A stretch of 64,000 bases of DNA from Phoronis australis (Eukaryota > Animalia > Phoronida), in assembly GCA_002633005.1 (NCBI GenBank), contig NMRA01000736.1, forward strand, positions 109,844 through 173,843, written 5' to 3'. The notes beneath the pieces are model-generated. The model had not been told where the DNA came from. It worked only from the letters and a program-made list of their open reading frames with translations, and made no database searches. This document shows positions 38,121 through 52,470 of this stretch, in pieces. Made by a program: the position numbers and the translations under genes. Each line of letters opens with the position of its first letter. The first letter of the stretch is position 1.

Positions 38121-38966
38121 GTTTGTTTTGTCATGTTGATTTCAAATCTCTCGGAAATAAGACACAAAACACGTTCAAATCCTAGTTCAAGGGTACGAAA
38201 AACGTCAGTTTCATATTCAATGACGGAAAAAGTTCTTTCTATAGTCGGGTTACGAAAAAATATTCACTAAAAGAATTTCTTTAATAGCACCAAATTGTCC
38301 AATTTATAGCTTTTTAAGACTAAATTTGGCGTGTACTTTTTCGGAAAAGGTGTCATCTTTGGGACAGTGAAATTTACCAGACCTTTTCGAAATCGCCGGG
38401 GCACGAAACACTTATAACTCAGCATACATTGGACGTCCCACATGCTTCTTTGCCACAAAAGTGACAATCCACCCTAGATTTCCTTATTTTGTGCAGGCAC
38501 AACACGTCACCGGGCATACTGTATGGGTACCCAGTGCGTCCTGAGTGTGGGACTGACGTCGCACCCCTAACCCCCTGCTAAAGTCTCCCCCAGCTTCCCA
38601 CAGGCATAAGAAGCAACCCACTGGATCGCACCATCACCTGCCTGAAACATACATGTACAGTGCATGGCAACAAATAGGCAGGCCTGTCCATTTTCTTAAA
38701 AGAGATGGGCAGACTTGAAAACTGTTCTTTCATGAAGAACATGTTGATGGATAACAGGGCCCTTGTGCGTTTAAGCTCAGTTATTTTGTGCAACGGACCC
38801 AGCCATGAGACCTGTGCACGTCTGATGAACCGTAAAAGACATCAGACTACATGTACCTGCACTCGTTTTACCTTTGATTTTGCCATGTTAATAATCATGA
38901 TCTCTAACGGTATCTTTAAGCTACACATGGACAGATGAAATAACAAATATTTCGACAAGCACTTAC

Positions 38967-40030
38967 AGGAAGGCGTTCCAGTACAACTTCTCCGTGATGT
39001 AGTCTTTACAGTTAGAATTTTCAAATGCGAGGTAAAACTTGTAGTCCCTCGTCAGCATTTTGAAGCAGGTTTCTTCTTTTGTGTGTTTAGTGCATGATAG
39101 GTTTCCGCAGTGTCCATATATATCCACAGAAATGTGTTGCTGTAACTGTTTCGCGAATTCCAGTCTGTTGTTTTTCGCTGCACAATTTGATACGAACCAT
39201 GCAACCTTCTTCGTTTTATGTTGAGCATAATTCCTTTCTTGAGGTTTACTTGTGATCGTGTTGTGGTAAAGAACGAATTTTTCGTAAGGCGCAACAATAG
39301 TTGAGTCTCGTCTATAAGTTGCAGTCCAGTTATAGTCATGTGGTCGGGAACGCATAAAAGAATGATGCGGAGACTCCAATTGGAATAAAATTTTAATTTG
39401 ATCACGATTTCGGACTGAACGCGATGCAACACCGCGATCTAGGACAACGTCTGCTGTCCTCCGCTGAGTAATATCCCCAGTCAGAGAACACTTACTAACT
39501 GAGCATTTGTCCCTGATAAAATATTCCTGTCCTGTCGGCTTATCTTGAAGAAAATGAGAAGGAACAAGGATTGTTTTTACTTTTGCCTTGGACAAATAGT
39601 CACTAGGAGGCTTATATCGCAGTTGGGCCATTATTCTGTCATCCCAGGGATATTTGTCGTCGTACCATATACGACCAGGATCGTTGCCTGCTAAGTCTTC
39701 GACTACGTCTCTTGCGCGTGCATCGTCCGTTGCGTGGTGAATACTTCTCCCAGACGCATCATTGGAGACTCGGGCACCATGTGTTCCAGTTTGCTTCGGG
39801 GTAGCAACATGCTGCGCTATCTTTGTTGTGAGCAAGACCTCGTTTGGGAGATGCCTTTTGTCTGAATTGAAATTCGGCTGTTCTACATCGCGGGCGTTAT
39901 AATCATCAAATTGTACCTCGAGTGTGTCTGGATGTACACTTGTGAGGCCCCTGAATACAAAAACAAAGTATGTTGCTACCAAGAATACGAGGCATCTTTT
40001 GGAAAAGCGAAGGCATCGGCGAAGGGGCAT
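38967..40030 (-). CDS. FucTA: Alpha-1,3-fucosyltransferase (GT10, FucTA-like), coding exon 1
   Basis: ATG at 40030 (MPLRRCLRFSKR) is followed by a hydrophobic anchor (CLVFLVATYFVFVF), a stem region and GT10 motifs QLESPHH, NWTATYRRDSTIVAPYEK, VAWFVSNC, VDIYGHCG and YKFYLAFENSNCKDYITEKLYWNAF. The exon ends at a phase-2 donor CT|GTAAGT (38966-38961). A putative acceptor TTTCAG at 40058-40053 implies an upstream non-coding exon. Confidence 0.93.
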
Positions 40031-41464
40031 ATCGTAGAACACATTAGGAAACCTGAAACGGGACAATAAGCAAAGTGGTGATACTTGTAATCATGTTTTC
40101 CGACCTTTGAAGGCACAGGTATGCCCTTCATTCGCCAATCTGGTAGCATCTTTTGAGAATTCAAATTTTAACCACAGCAGTATTAATTACCAGTAAGTAG
40201 TAACTGGCGCTTTAACCGTCACAGTTTGGCGTTGCAATACAATGTATATGCGAACACACAAGCTAGACTAACAATTCAAATAACCGTTCGCGACAGACAA
40301 ACTGAACAGAAACAATTCACTGTTGATGTTTTGATCACATGGAACGTTTAGGCGTGAATATAATAATGGTGTTTGGACGTGTCAATACGCACCTCTGAGT
40401 GAGCTAGTTGACTTTAAAGCTCTTCAAGCACGACTGTTGTCACTTAACTCGAGAATTACAGGTTGTCTCTTGGAGCGTGAACGGATATATTTATTATTTA
40501 TTATAGTGACGTGGATGCATTGCAGAATACAATGCAAAAACAAATGAAATTTTCACGCAACACATCCCCAGCCTGTTGGCTTTATAAGTCACCTGAATAC
40601 CAATTAACACCAGAACGCGTAAACATAATATACAGTAGGCAGCTCCTGTGTCCATGTAGTGTTCTAACCAAGAACCTCACACGAACTTCCAGTTAATTTA
40701 AGTCTAGAAGGGAACGTTCACTTTGAAACTCCGTTTTTAAACTATTATATCAGGTACAAACGAAAATAAAACGCAATTCGTCTTCAATTAAATTTTGGTT
40801 ACTTACTTTGCATAATCTTTCATTTAATGGAGTTCCCGAAAGCTTTACTAATTCCACCTCTTATGTCAAAATTCCTGACCACAACTGTGCTAACACAGGT
40901 CTCAATGTAGGGGAAAGAAATAAATAGTTTTCAGCACCGTCACTCCACACCATGTCCACTGTTTCAAAACATGCATTACAAAATATCAAAGAGCAATCAC
41001 ATGTTTTGAAGAAAATGCATGGAACATTTGAATCTCTGAAAATATATCTTTGATAGATGAGCTCCAGTTATGTTTACATATATTATTAATAATCAACGTT
41101 TTTCAGTTCTATATTCATTCATCACAATCAAACGATTCCATAAATGGATCATGTTAGCGTGCTGTTATTTTTTTCTTTTTTTTTACCGAGAAGGGCGTCT
41201 ACCGCTCTGTCTGCGGATTCAGCCAGCACCTGAGCCGTTGTCTTTATTTAAATTCTCATTGAAAGGTAACCCTAAATACTTATATCTAAATCCAAAATTA
41301 GAAACCTATTTACTCCTTAAGTGGCATTTTCTTCTGAAGTGTACAACTTTTGCCTTTTTTAAAGTTAATGCAGTCTTCACTTCCTGAAAAACTAAATCAT
41401 CTTCATAAATTATGCAATACAAGTTATTGCCTTCAATACCTATACCATTTTCACATAGGCTTAA

Positions 41465-43381
41465 GGTAGGTGGATACACAAAAAAATAATTTTGACTGTT
41501 TTTTACATTTTTATGTCATCCTAATCTTTAATTCTTGATGCACAGTATACTGAAGAAAAATAAAATCATTCTGAAAATCCAAAGTTGTTTTTTTATTTGA
41601 CCAAACCTCACTAAGTCGTATGACTTGAGTGCTCACCAGCTCAGTGATTGACAACTGGGGCGGAGCTTATATACAAGGACACTAGCTCTAATCTAACCCT
41701 GTCAACAAGCATTGCGTAACCGGGCAATCGAGAGTGCTGTACCAGCTGATATTGGCGTTGTAGCAAGACCAAGAATAAAATAATTCTATTTTGACCATGT
41801 CGACGTTGGTAGTGAAATGGTGAACTAGCTCCTGTTCCGAGCCTGAGCCTGTTTGTGTATCTGCAAAGTACGCCAAGTCCTACCGAAGCCATCACTGCAC
41901 TCAGCTTGAGGAGTCAGTGCAGAAATTGTGCATGTATAAGAGAAGTCGGTAATATAAGGTCAGGTGTCTTGCGAGAGGACGCTGAGTGTCGACGTGGGTG
42001 GTGTTGCACGATTCGGTGAGAGTGCATGCACGCGCTGTGAAGACAAGCCGCGCGCGCGACATATTAACAACTACATGCCGTCAGAGTAGAGTCTTCGCAG
42101 ATAAACCGTGCTTCTGAGCTGGGAACGCGCCGTGGAGAAACTAGGCTGTCAAACCAAGAGGATTTTTTAACTTGCCACTGGCCGTAACCCAAAGAAATGA
42201 CCCAGTGTTCAAAATAACAAAAATTTTCTAGTGCATAGATTCAAACGTAACCCTGAATTAAAACTCATGATATTATACGATTCTAGAGGAAAGCAATATA
42301 AGAAACTTTAGTAACTTGAGAATCTCACCCAAGCGAACCTATTTGCGCAGAAAGTGATATTTTCTTACCCCAAAGTCCATTCGGTACAGGCACGTAAAAA
42401 TGTTGAACCATTACTATGAAAGTAGTTCTTTATCCTCGTCGCCAATAGACAGTAACGCGGCGATTTGATATAACACATATATTGGTTGATGATAATATTG
42501 GAATACTAACAAATAGGTCTGTGTCATATAGAGTGTCTTTTACTATACTGAGTGGAGAGTTCAGATGAATCGTATAAACAATCAACACATGGTTTTAATG
42601 TGTGGTCGGCACACCAGTACAGCAGACAATAGATCAACGCTAAGCTCCACCCACGTGACAGCCATACTTGTTTTGGTCGTCTGTCGTGCTTCACAATTTC
42701 GAAAAAATGATTAAAATTACGCTGTAAACAAACAGGTATGTCACATTTTCTAAACATGAAGTAAGTATCAGCATTATTTCTAGTACTTCAACAAAAATTG
42801 GAACATAATGACCACGCATTCTGAACGAAATTTGATCTCAAATCGATGGACCGCTTAACTTCAAAGCCGTTTTTCTCGGCTCGTGATTTCAGGATAGTGA
42901 CAAGATTCTCGGGCCTATTTTTCCACAACACGTGAGTCAATTTTTACGAAAGTTGCAAATTTGAAATCCTCTAGGACTGAAATAAAATCGCGTGCCAGGG
43001 TTTTTTGATAAATGGACCAGATTTTTAGTTATTAGACGGAAAGTGACCAAATGACAAAAAGTGGCGTGCTTGCCCCAACTCGCACACAAAAAATGCCACA
43101 AAATCAAGATCATAATGATTTTGTACATATATTTGGTATGGATAAGTAGAATATTGCGTAAGGAAACAGTTGATGATGATCCCTGTGCATTTTGAAAAAA
43201 AAATCGAGGTAAAATTGGATTTTTTGAAAATTAAAAAATACGATTTTTTAAAAAACGAACTACAAAAGAAACGTTTTTTTTTAATTTTTGTCACTTTCAG
43301 AGTCAGGTCTAACTAGTTAAAACCCCCTTTTTACTCATTTTAGTTAGGAACCTGGAGATTTGATCAGTGTATACACCTACC
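41465..43381. mobile_element. Non-autonomous Kolobok-like DNA transposon (about 1.9 kb)
   Basis: TTAA|GGTAGGTGGATACAC ... GTGTATACACCTACC|TTAA: a 15-bp TIR with one mismatch, GG termini and TTAA target duplication. No transposase ORF. Confidence 0.8.
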
Positions 43382-45199
43382 TTAAATCAATAACTACGGG
43401 TATGTCACTTATAATTATAGAAAACAAGGTTGGTGACAGAGGAACATCCTGCTGGACACTTTGATTAACATCAAACCAATAAGCGTACTATCGGGGCTGC
43501 GTTCCGCATACGTAAGAATTTAGCCACGACAGGTAGAGTGATCTCGCACTTGTAATGCATTGCGTTATCTTTCGAAGTTTTGCGTAATCTCGCGTTTTCA
43601 CGAGATTGTTGCGTGTACGAAAAGCACGCCACGGCTGCCTACCGTGGATCGCAATAAACTTAGCTCGTCTTTGTCTTATGAAAACAAAACAGTTTAACAC
43701 TACATGTACTTCACCCACCTATCGCTCAGTCCGCTCCCGAGCCTTTCACTCGCGGGAGTTTGCGGGATCTTGCTGTTCTCGGAAGAGAGGTGGTCTACGG
43801 AACGCTTTCTCGCCACGCAACGCACTTCCCAGAACTCCCCATTTTTCGTGGAGACCACGACAAGCGCGACTATAACTTTCAGAAAACGAGTAATTTTGCT
43901 AAGATTATGTAGGAACTTATCGACTTGTCGGTGTCTTTAAACAAATACCTACAACGTTATGCATTGTAACCCAGTAAAAGAACATACTTTCTGAAAGTAA
44001 AAATCCTTTAGAATTACATTTTTGACTTCGTACCTATCTGGCATTAGTTGCTTCAGGTGACCATGTCTTTTGGAAAATTTTAGCAAAAAAAGGAAAAATA
44101 CATCCGTAACAGTTTTATGCAAGTTTTAAGCTTTTTCATAAAAACAACAAAATTGCTCTTTTTGAAAGCTCCTCGTGCAAAAGATGGTTTGGAAGAAAAG
44201 TTTATAAAGCAAAGTTTTTGAAAGTTTCCTCTATGAACCCCCCATCAGACATTTCTTGGATATGATATTCCGAAATTTGCCATTGTTTCATTTTTCAAAG
44301 GTAATATATTCGATTGTTTATTGATGACGTGTCAGCCACTATTACGACGCGATTTGAACCCACACATATTGTTTGAAAAAAATGTGTAGGTCTTGGATTT
44401 TTTCCGACTCAGGAAATCACGGAGGCACTTAAGCATTAGAATTTTTTTATAGATTTATGGGTTTGGATTCATTTTATAAAACTATGGGTTTGGATTAATC
44501 CGTTTGATGCGACAGCGGTTGCACTCATGGTATGCACCCGGGGAGTTCAGAAGGATTAAAATTGATCAGGTCCATAAGAAGGTGCTTAGTAATTAATGAA
44601 CGCTACTTCTATTTCGGCATTATTATCGTTTTTAATTCTGGCATTTTGATTTTATTTAACTTGGTCTAAAACGTCAACATGACGTCACACTAAACACGTG
44701 AATGACGTCACAGTTTTTCGTGCAGTGTTGTAAAGAGCAGTGTAAGCTACATGTAGTGGCAATGTTGAACTTTGCTTTGCCTAATTATGATCCATGAGTA
44801 GTTGATGCGTTGTGTTTTATGTCTAGAGACATCTACTGTACTCCCCGGCATATACACTGTATTATTGTGTGCCGTGTAATAGTCAGTAAAAGAATTGAAT
44901 TTTTCAAGAAATATTCCATTTTTAGAATCTTTGGTTTATGTCGGCGACGTAATCAGTTCACGTAACACTCGACTAACTTCTTCAAACTACTCTCGCACGC
45001 TTTTGGTCTAGGCTCCGGTAATTATCCCGTGTGTTTAACCAATAGAAAGTTATCAGCTGAATTCGGAATGCTGGGCATGTTTCACAGTAACTATAAAGGA
45101 AAACGGTGTAAATGAGTCAAATCAATCCCCGGTCGGGAATTTTAAACGAATCTTGGCTTCGTTCCCGTAGACCCCAGCCATTATCTTCCATGACGGGGT

Positions 45200-45718
45200 T
45201 TTCCCGTTCAGTGAATTTACCAGACGTAGAGGGTTGTGAGGGCGTGATAACATCTAGCTTCTCTGTTAACTGCCAAGCACAGTCTTTTGTCTGGTACGAC
45301 AACAGGCACGCCAATTATCTACTAGGCTTGTTACAGACCACATGTAAGCACAGTCAAACGAAGCGAATTGGTACGTTCGGAAAGAATAGATTTTGGTAAC
45401 TTCGGTTGTAGTTGGGCGATTTTGGCGATTCAAAAACTAAACATGGCCAGCCTTTGACGAGGATTTCAGAAATGCTATTGGTATATGTTCAAATATGTTA
45501 TAAGTTAACTTTTATTTTTAACAGCACAGCTCTTGATCAGGCTATATACGATCTTATTGGAGATTAGAGCAAGTATCGAACGAACGGGAGCTGGCCATCC
45601 ACGCGTAAATGCCAGAAAAGAGTTAATCAGTCGTGTAAGATATTGGCTGCAGGGGTCATCTTCACAACTTTTTGGGCTATAGAATCGATTTGGGAGCAAC
45701 GGGAAAACGCCGTAATGC
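45200..45718 (+). repeat. Interspersed repeat, copy B (similar to 7970-8460)
   Basis: Same blocks, order and orientation as copy A. Confidence 0.85.
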
Positions 45719-48700
45719 CAATCTTGTCTCGAAAGAACCCCGCTTATAGAATAGAAGCAATGAAAGATAGCCAGATGAATTCATGAATTCAGTCCGGATC
45801 ACACAACTTTCCAACTCCTTTGACAACACTCTTAACCAACATGTAACAAAGAATTTTTATTTTAGTAATCATTAAATTAATACTGGAACTAAAGTCAATA
45901 ATTTGTTACAAATTTGATTTCTGTATACATTTGAGACTTTATACAAAAGTTATTTGGTGTTTCCAACTGCGTACATACGTTCTGGTCATTGCATTTTTCC
46001 TATGAATATGAGAGGTGTTCATACCGCGCAGCATTGTTGTCATGACTTGTTGTTTTATTTGTTTCGTTTACTTATTACGTTGTTTATTTCTTGATAGGTG
46101 GCAGTATATCTTTCGCCGACGTGATTTGGTCTCTTTCAGTTAGCCGGTATTATAGCCAAGTTGTTACATATGGCGTTTGCATAGCTTGACCGGCTGGCTA
46201 TTGTTACGTGTGTGCCTTTGTATTGTTACGCAGTTTTGGTGACCGGTGTTTCATTCGTTGACAAGATCTGTAGAGAGAATCGTGTATTTTCTCGGATGCT
46301 GGACTTGTCTGTTAGATTGAGCACAGACTCTCAGCGACACTGTTACAACTGCTTATAACTGCATCGCTTGTGAACGTTTGTTCGAATCGCGCTAACCAAT
46401 CACGTGTAATGCAAGCGGCATCATTCTATTCACTTACACGTATTTATCCCTGTAGTCGGACGCGGCAAAATGTGGTGTCCGAAAAGTGGGGTGGGAGATG
46501 GAACAATTAATTGACATACACGAACATCATACATAGGCGAGCAAAATGAAAGAGCAAAACCGTGAAGCGTGAGGAAATATTGAGTTCAGTAACTAGGACC
46601 GGTAGCGGATGAGGGTGGGGTGGGGGCTCAGGCCACAGATCGCGTGTTCTCGTTTTTTCATATATTTCTTTTAATCCATCGATAGATTTTTCGAACAGAA
46701 GGCCCACAANTTTGATCCCAAAAGTAAAGCTAAATTTGACAGAGAGAAATGACAGTCAGAACACGCCAATGAATTGACCAGTTACAGGGAAATTGTCGAT
46801 CCTACAGCTGAAAATTGCATCTTGGGATTATTACAGGATGAGAGACGTGTAGACTTGTTGAGGTATTTACATGTAATAGCTTTGACCAGTGCTATAAGAC
46901 AACAAAATCCTTTGTGATTTTGAAACTGTACTGTATTATTAATTCTCGCCGTTGTCTCTGTATCAGACAGTCGATAAAACCAGGGACAGTTACTTTAAGC
47001 GTATTACAATTGTCACGGTGCTTAAAATGTAGTGATCGAGTGATCTCCCATGTAGTAACTTCGCCAAAACAGTGATCGAGTGGTCTTCCAAGTAATAACT
47101 TCGCCAACGAAGTGTTTAGCTACAACGGAGGTGCCACAGATTCAACTCCGCGCTTTGTCATGGGATTCTCAGATATTCCCTTTTCTCGCCTATAATGTCA
47201 ATTTCGAAGTTAATTTCACCCATAACACAAGTGAAGTTACTTCAGTAATACATTGTAGCATCCCCACAACCACTCAAACGCTAACCCATAGACCTATTTG
47301 AATGATTTCGCAACAATGCCTTACATTTAGAAAATTGAATTATTTTTGTGGTAAGAGCAGTTTATGAAAACAGATTAAGATATGATAAAAGCCAAATCGT
47401 GTTTGTTTCAGACGAAAATCGATTTTACTTCAACACACTACCCACGAAAAATTGCTGAAGCATACATATAATATCTTATTGTCTACACACGATCACTGTG
47501 TTTGTGTACATAAAAACGCCTTTGTGAACGCTTTAGACTTTGCTTGATTCTTATTCTGTTGTATGAATGACTTCGTTCTGTGTGAACGAACTAACTTTCG
47601 AACAATGATTCCGGGAATGTCCGCAACCGTTAGCTGCACGTCCACAGGCTTGCTTTAGTAGGACTTGTAGGTTGCCCAAACGGAGCACGGTATCATTCAG
47701 GTGCCAATCAAGGTTTCCTCCAGTTTACACTCGGTCGTCAGGTCAGTCGGCCGTTTTTAATCGTTATGCAGTTTCTGGACCTTTTCAATTAGGAAAAAAT
47801 TCACAACGTCCAATTTCTCATGCATTTTCTAAGCTAATCAAAACTTCCCCTTTAACAGTGCCAAGACAATTTGCCCGTTGACGAAGGCATTAGTGAAAAA
47901 CTAGATATTGGAAACTGCCTAAAACAATTCAATATATGGCATTAGTTTGTTGTTTTGTTCTTGTCCTAGAAGAATGGTAAAACGAATGGGAAAAGGCTTT
48001 TTGAGGGTAGCGTATTTACAGACCTGTCGGTTAACGAAATTACGCCTGGCCAAATAAAGTTCATGTAAGTACTAGGTAAAAATGTACATTTTTAGTTTCA
48101 AATTTTCCCTCGTATTTACTACTGCGAATCCTGGTATCAATGAACTTGGGAAGTACCTTCAAAATATCATTAACGCTTGAACCGTTTTAATAACAACAAA
48201 GTGCTCGATGTTGCAATTTTAACAACGACATTGTATTGTATACGCTGTTATGTTTACCATAATAAAAACATGTATCAGAGCTGGTAATACCCGGACAAAC
48301 AGGAAAGGTTCAATACACAAACGTTTCGCATCCAGTTTCGAATAAAAAGGTTACAATGTTGCTCTTAATTGTGAGAGCGGTTGGCTTATAAAACTTCTAT
48401 TGTTAAAGCACTCGCACAAATGCGATCGGGAAGAATTCAATGAACAGTGTCTATCGCACAGCTGTTTGAACAGCAGGCCAGAGTTTGACCGTTCTGCTTT
48501 GGCAATATGGGTGTTGCAGAAGTCGACTTCGACTAGTTCTGCTCGGTTAAAACGCCGTTGCGCGAGGTGGAGTGACGGTGGTGTGAATGTGCCGAGAGGC
48601 CTTGTAAGCAGAGCACTTCACTGATGACGTTTCCTTGTTGCAAATAATCTTAGAAAGTGTCTCAAAACACGTTTGTTTCAGTTTCAGGGATGCAGACTAA

Positions 48701-50993
48701 AGCAATAGAAACAATTCTCAATTACGAGAACTTGTCTATCCTGTGTAGAAAATATCGATTAATCTTCAAACAGTTGCACTGATAGAACCTGAGTCTAACA
48801 ATTATCGATGAACGTTCGATTACTCACAGTGCTTTGTTTCGCCTTATCCTGACCGCTGACAATTCTCACGGATCAACAAAGCTGTATTCAATTACCAGTT
48901 TGCCTCTTTGAACCGGAATTATTCGCGGACGAAAAGTGCGACGAATCTTAAGTGTTTGGATTCCAATTCGAATGTGATATATCTGGCCAACTTATTTGAG
49001 TATACACGTGTTACCAGGGGACACTATGGTTTCCTAGTTGGCTCAGTGGTGCTGCTAAACTTGAAGTAGCCTGATCAGCCTATCGGTTAAAATACTGTAC
49101 AGTGTACATTGTAACTCGAAGCCCTTAGCTATAGCGCGTCTGGAGGCCCAGGTAATGATCTGAGCTCACCGGTCTCCAATTTTCCTTCCTCTCAGTCAAA
49201 TCCATTTCTCACCCGCACAGTGGCCCTAACTCCCCTCTTCACGATATTCTACCAACCCAGGGGTCTCAAATCTGTCAAAAATGACTTTCTCAATAATGAA
49301 TTTGATTTGAAAATAACATAAACAACTGCCAACACATTTCCGTAATTTTGTTATTTGTTTTGACGGAGATACACGTATAAATTTAAATCTTGTTTTGGTA
49401 TCTGTGTCAACAAGTTTTAACGGTTACTTATTATCGCTTTTTAGGAGCTTGTATTTCCGTTACCTTACTTTAAAGACATGTATATTAAAAAACAATGGGA
49501 TGCTTGTAAATTATTAGGTCAAAAAAGTATATTTAATTTGGTTTTGCTGCTGTGAATTTTTTTGAGAAATGATGAAGGAGTATAGTACATGTATTTTAGT
49601 TATATGATCAAGTACCGAAATTCAGTTGATATCAGCTTACATGTGTATAATTCTACAGTAGCTATGAGGGAAAGATTTGTTACCAAAGTAAAACATATTC
49701 CCGTCATTTTGCTGAGGTAGTGTCGAGGTGGGCGAGGGGGTTGACGCGATAGCCTGTACAGCTGCCTACCTGCGGGGGCGCTGATACTCTCTCACTCCTT
49801 ACACTAAAGGAGATTGGACCCTCCTACTCTAGTGATTCTTTAAGGGTGGGCTAACGAACCTTATCTTAGCTGTTTTGGTCATCGTTTTGAGTACACGCAT
49901 TTGAGGACAAAATGAATTGACATCAAAAATGACAACTTTAATGGTGCATACATTTTAATAATTTTATCTCGCAGAAATTATATTTTTAATGTAATTTCAT
50001 GATTGAATTTGTATCAAAAAGAATCCCAATATACTGACATGTTTTCATTAGCTACTCTACGAGTCGAACGGAGGACACGCTTTCGGGACATTACCGAGTG
50101 GGAAATGGACTAAACGTGTATTGGCGAGTACTTTAAGTTAGATTTATCTCTTGCTTCCCCTTATAAATCGATGAATATAACTGCTTGTCAACAGAAATAA
50201 GTGCCACTCGTGGAAATACAAATTTGCTAATAAACTTACCTGAACTAGCGAATCTAGTGTAGCATGTGAGCGCTATGCAGTGAGAGTAAAACGTTAAGTG
50301 ATAGATTATATTGATCACTGTTTTGTATATGTATCGAGTACGCACCATTGATTTTTGTTATTGAATTATGAATTATTCAGCACATGACACATATTTCTTC
50401 CAAACAATGGTCAAATGTGTAATAAAACAACTGCTAAGAGCTGCACCAATGTATTTCCCCTTCCTTGAAACATAGAGGAACTATTTATCAGTCGCTGCCT
50501 TCTGATACATGTACGGTTAACAATTTTTACATTATGGGAAAAATGGGTAAAACAATATGATCCGAAACTACAATCTCTACATACGTGTATGCCTTTATAT
50601 TTCGATACTGTAACAGTTTTTACTCTTGTAACGCGTGATGTGACATTTTCCTTTTAGTCAGCCGGCCAATCGCACAGCTATGCTAGAAGCAGCTAACCAA
50701 ACTCAAGGTACTGACCGTCCTGTGAAACTTTAGAGGTTGCGAAGCTGAAATCAGCATAGTTGCCATAGTAAACAAGCTTCCTGCCAGCCAAAATCAGCGA
50801 TATCATGTTTGAAGAAAAAATCAGCTTAGAAGCATGCAACCATGCCCAGAATACATGGAGTGGCTATTTGTCGAAATTTAGAAGGTGTTCCTATGATAAA
50901 TTGCATATTGTAACCAAAATTTTGACAGTTAAGATCAGAAATTTTAGGTTTGATGGCAGTCATGTTAGAAACAAGCACCAATATTCACCTAGT

Positions 50994-51109
50994 CAGTGGC
51001 GGATCTAAGGGGCAAGGATGCCATGGTCCCTCAGGCTAACACTCTGCCATATTCCATTTGGCTAATACTCTGCCCTGCCCCCCAACTCAAAATCCTGGAT
51101 CAGCCCCTG
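50994..51109 (+). mobile_element. Short hAT-like MITE, internally rearranged copy
   Basis: CAGTGGCGGATCTAAG...GGCTAATACT.TGCCCTGCCCCC..GGATCAGCCCCTG. Related partial ends occur at about 51594 and 61204. Confidence 0.75.
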
Positions 51110-52089
51110 TTAGTGACCCTCCCTAAAAACGTAGAGGAGTTGCAAAGCTTCTCGAATACGAGTTGTTGCCATGGAAGCCAGGTATTTTTGAATTACAACA
51201 ATAAATCAAGTTGCGCACGCGTGCCGAAGAAAGTATTTGAATTACCTGTTCGCTTTATCAAAGGTCCATTACAACGAGCGGAACAAATTTTGATAATCCA
51301 CAAAATGCTTTCTAGGGCAACTCATGCATGGAAACAGTAACGAAAACAACCTTTTAACAATATAAATGCTGCTTACAGGTACATGTAAATGTGTCGAGGT
51401 TCCTTAGACATAAGGGAAAGATACACAACCAGTCGGCGAATGTCTTTATTTGTTCAAAGTTCTACACATTGAACAAGCTATACAACGCGTTTTGGATACC
51501 CCTGTTGTATGTTCAACAGCGTAAATGAAGACGCCTATATGTAAATATCAATTGGTGACCGAAGGAAAGAGAACGGGTCGAGTGTATATGTATCAGTGGC
51601 GGATCTAGGATATCACAAGGGGGGTCCAACATTTTGTCTGTAAGCATTTGCGCAAACCACGATAGAGCGCGCGTGCTTTACCACTACGCCACCACGATTT
51701 AACTTCTACTTTGAAACTAAAAGACCTAATCGTTTGTGGTCCACAGCGTTTGCGCGAGAAATCTACTTCTTTTTGTAATGCTTATTACACGTTTTATAGT
51801 TTATGTAATCGGTTCGTAACAAATTTGTTGTATTTAAAATAGTCTTCAATTGCACAAAAGACCAAATCCGTTTTTCGTGTTGGCAATAATAACGGGATTG
51901 CTATGGAAATCGTCTTAAGTTAAGGTTTGACAAAGGTCGAATTATTAGTTTCTGAGTGGTTCACTGAGGCTTCGATTAAAATTTACATCTTACCAGCAGC
52001 TTCTGTTTTTTCGTCGTCACACAGGCTCCATTTTCTTTAAAAATGAAGTAATTTTCTTCATTGCACAGGGGAGCAGACGACGGAAGCGG

Positions 52090-52470
52090 AGTCGTAGTGC
52101 GCAGCGCCACTGCCGGTCGCCTGGGATATCGCGAGAGAGCTTATACTTAGCCTTCCTACCTCTAATTTTACCACTGCAGCACTGCTATTGGCAGAGGCTT
52201 CAAGCCAGTGCAAGTTCTGCGTCAGCTGTTGGTTCATGCAAAGGACAAGGATGACCCTCCGGACCATACCAAAGTTGTCTATAGTAGGCCTATTCCATGT
52301 GGCAACTGCACGCCGGCACGGTACTCGTCTACATGAACACAGACAAGATGTGGGCACGTGCACGGGTAACAGCTCACTTCATACTTTTGCAGCAAGTGTT
52401 AATCCGGAATTACGTCAACAAATCGGTTGTCACTGACCACTATGCTATCCACAACCATATCCCAAAATCC
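52090..52470 (+). mobile_element. Penelope-like GIY-YIG endonuclease remnant
   Basis: Across frameshifts: FKPVQVLRQLLVHAKDKDD...VVY..IPCGNC, GTRLHEHRQDV and NKSVVTDHYAIHNHI. Confidence 0.75.

Noticed and set aside
40031-40066. ORF-track start of FucT at TTG 40066
   Set aside because: Non-ATG start that lies within a polypyrimidine tract and acceptor. The first in-frame ATG is at 40030.
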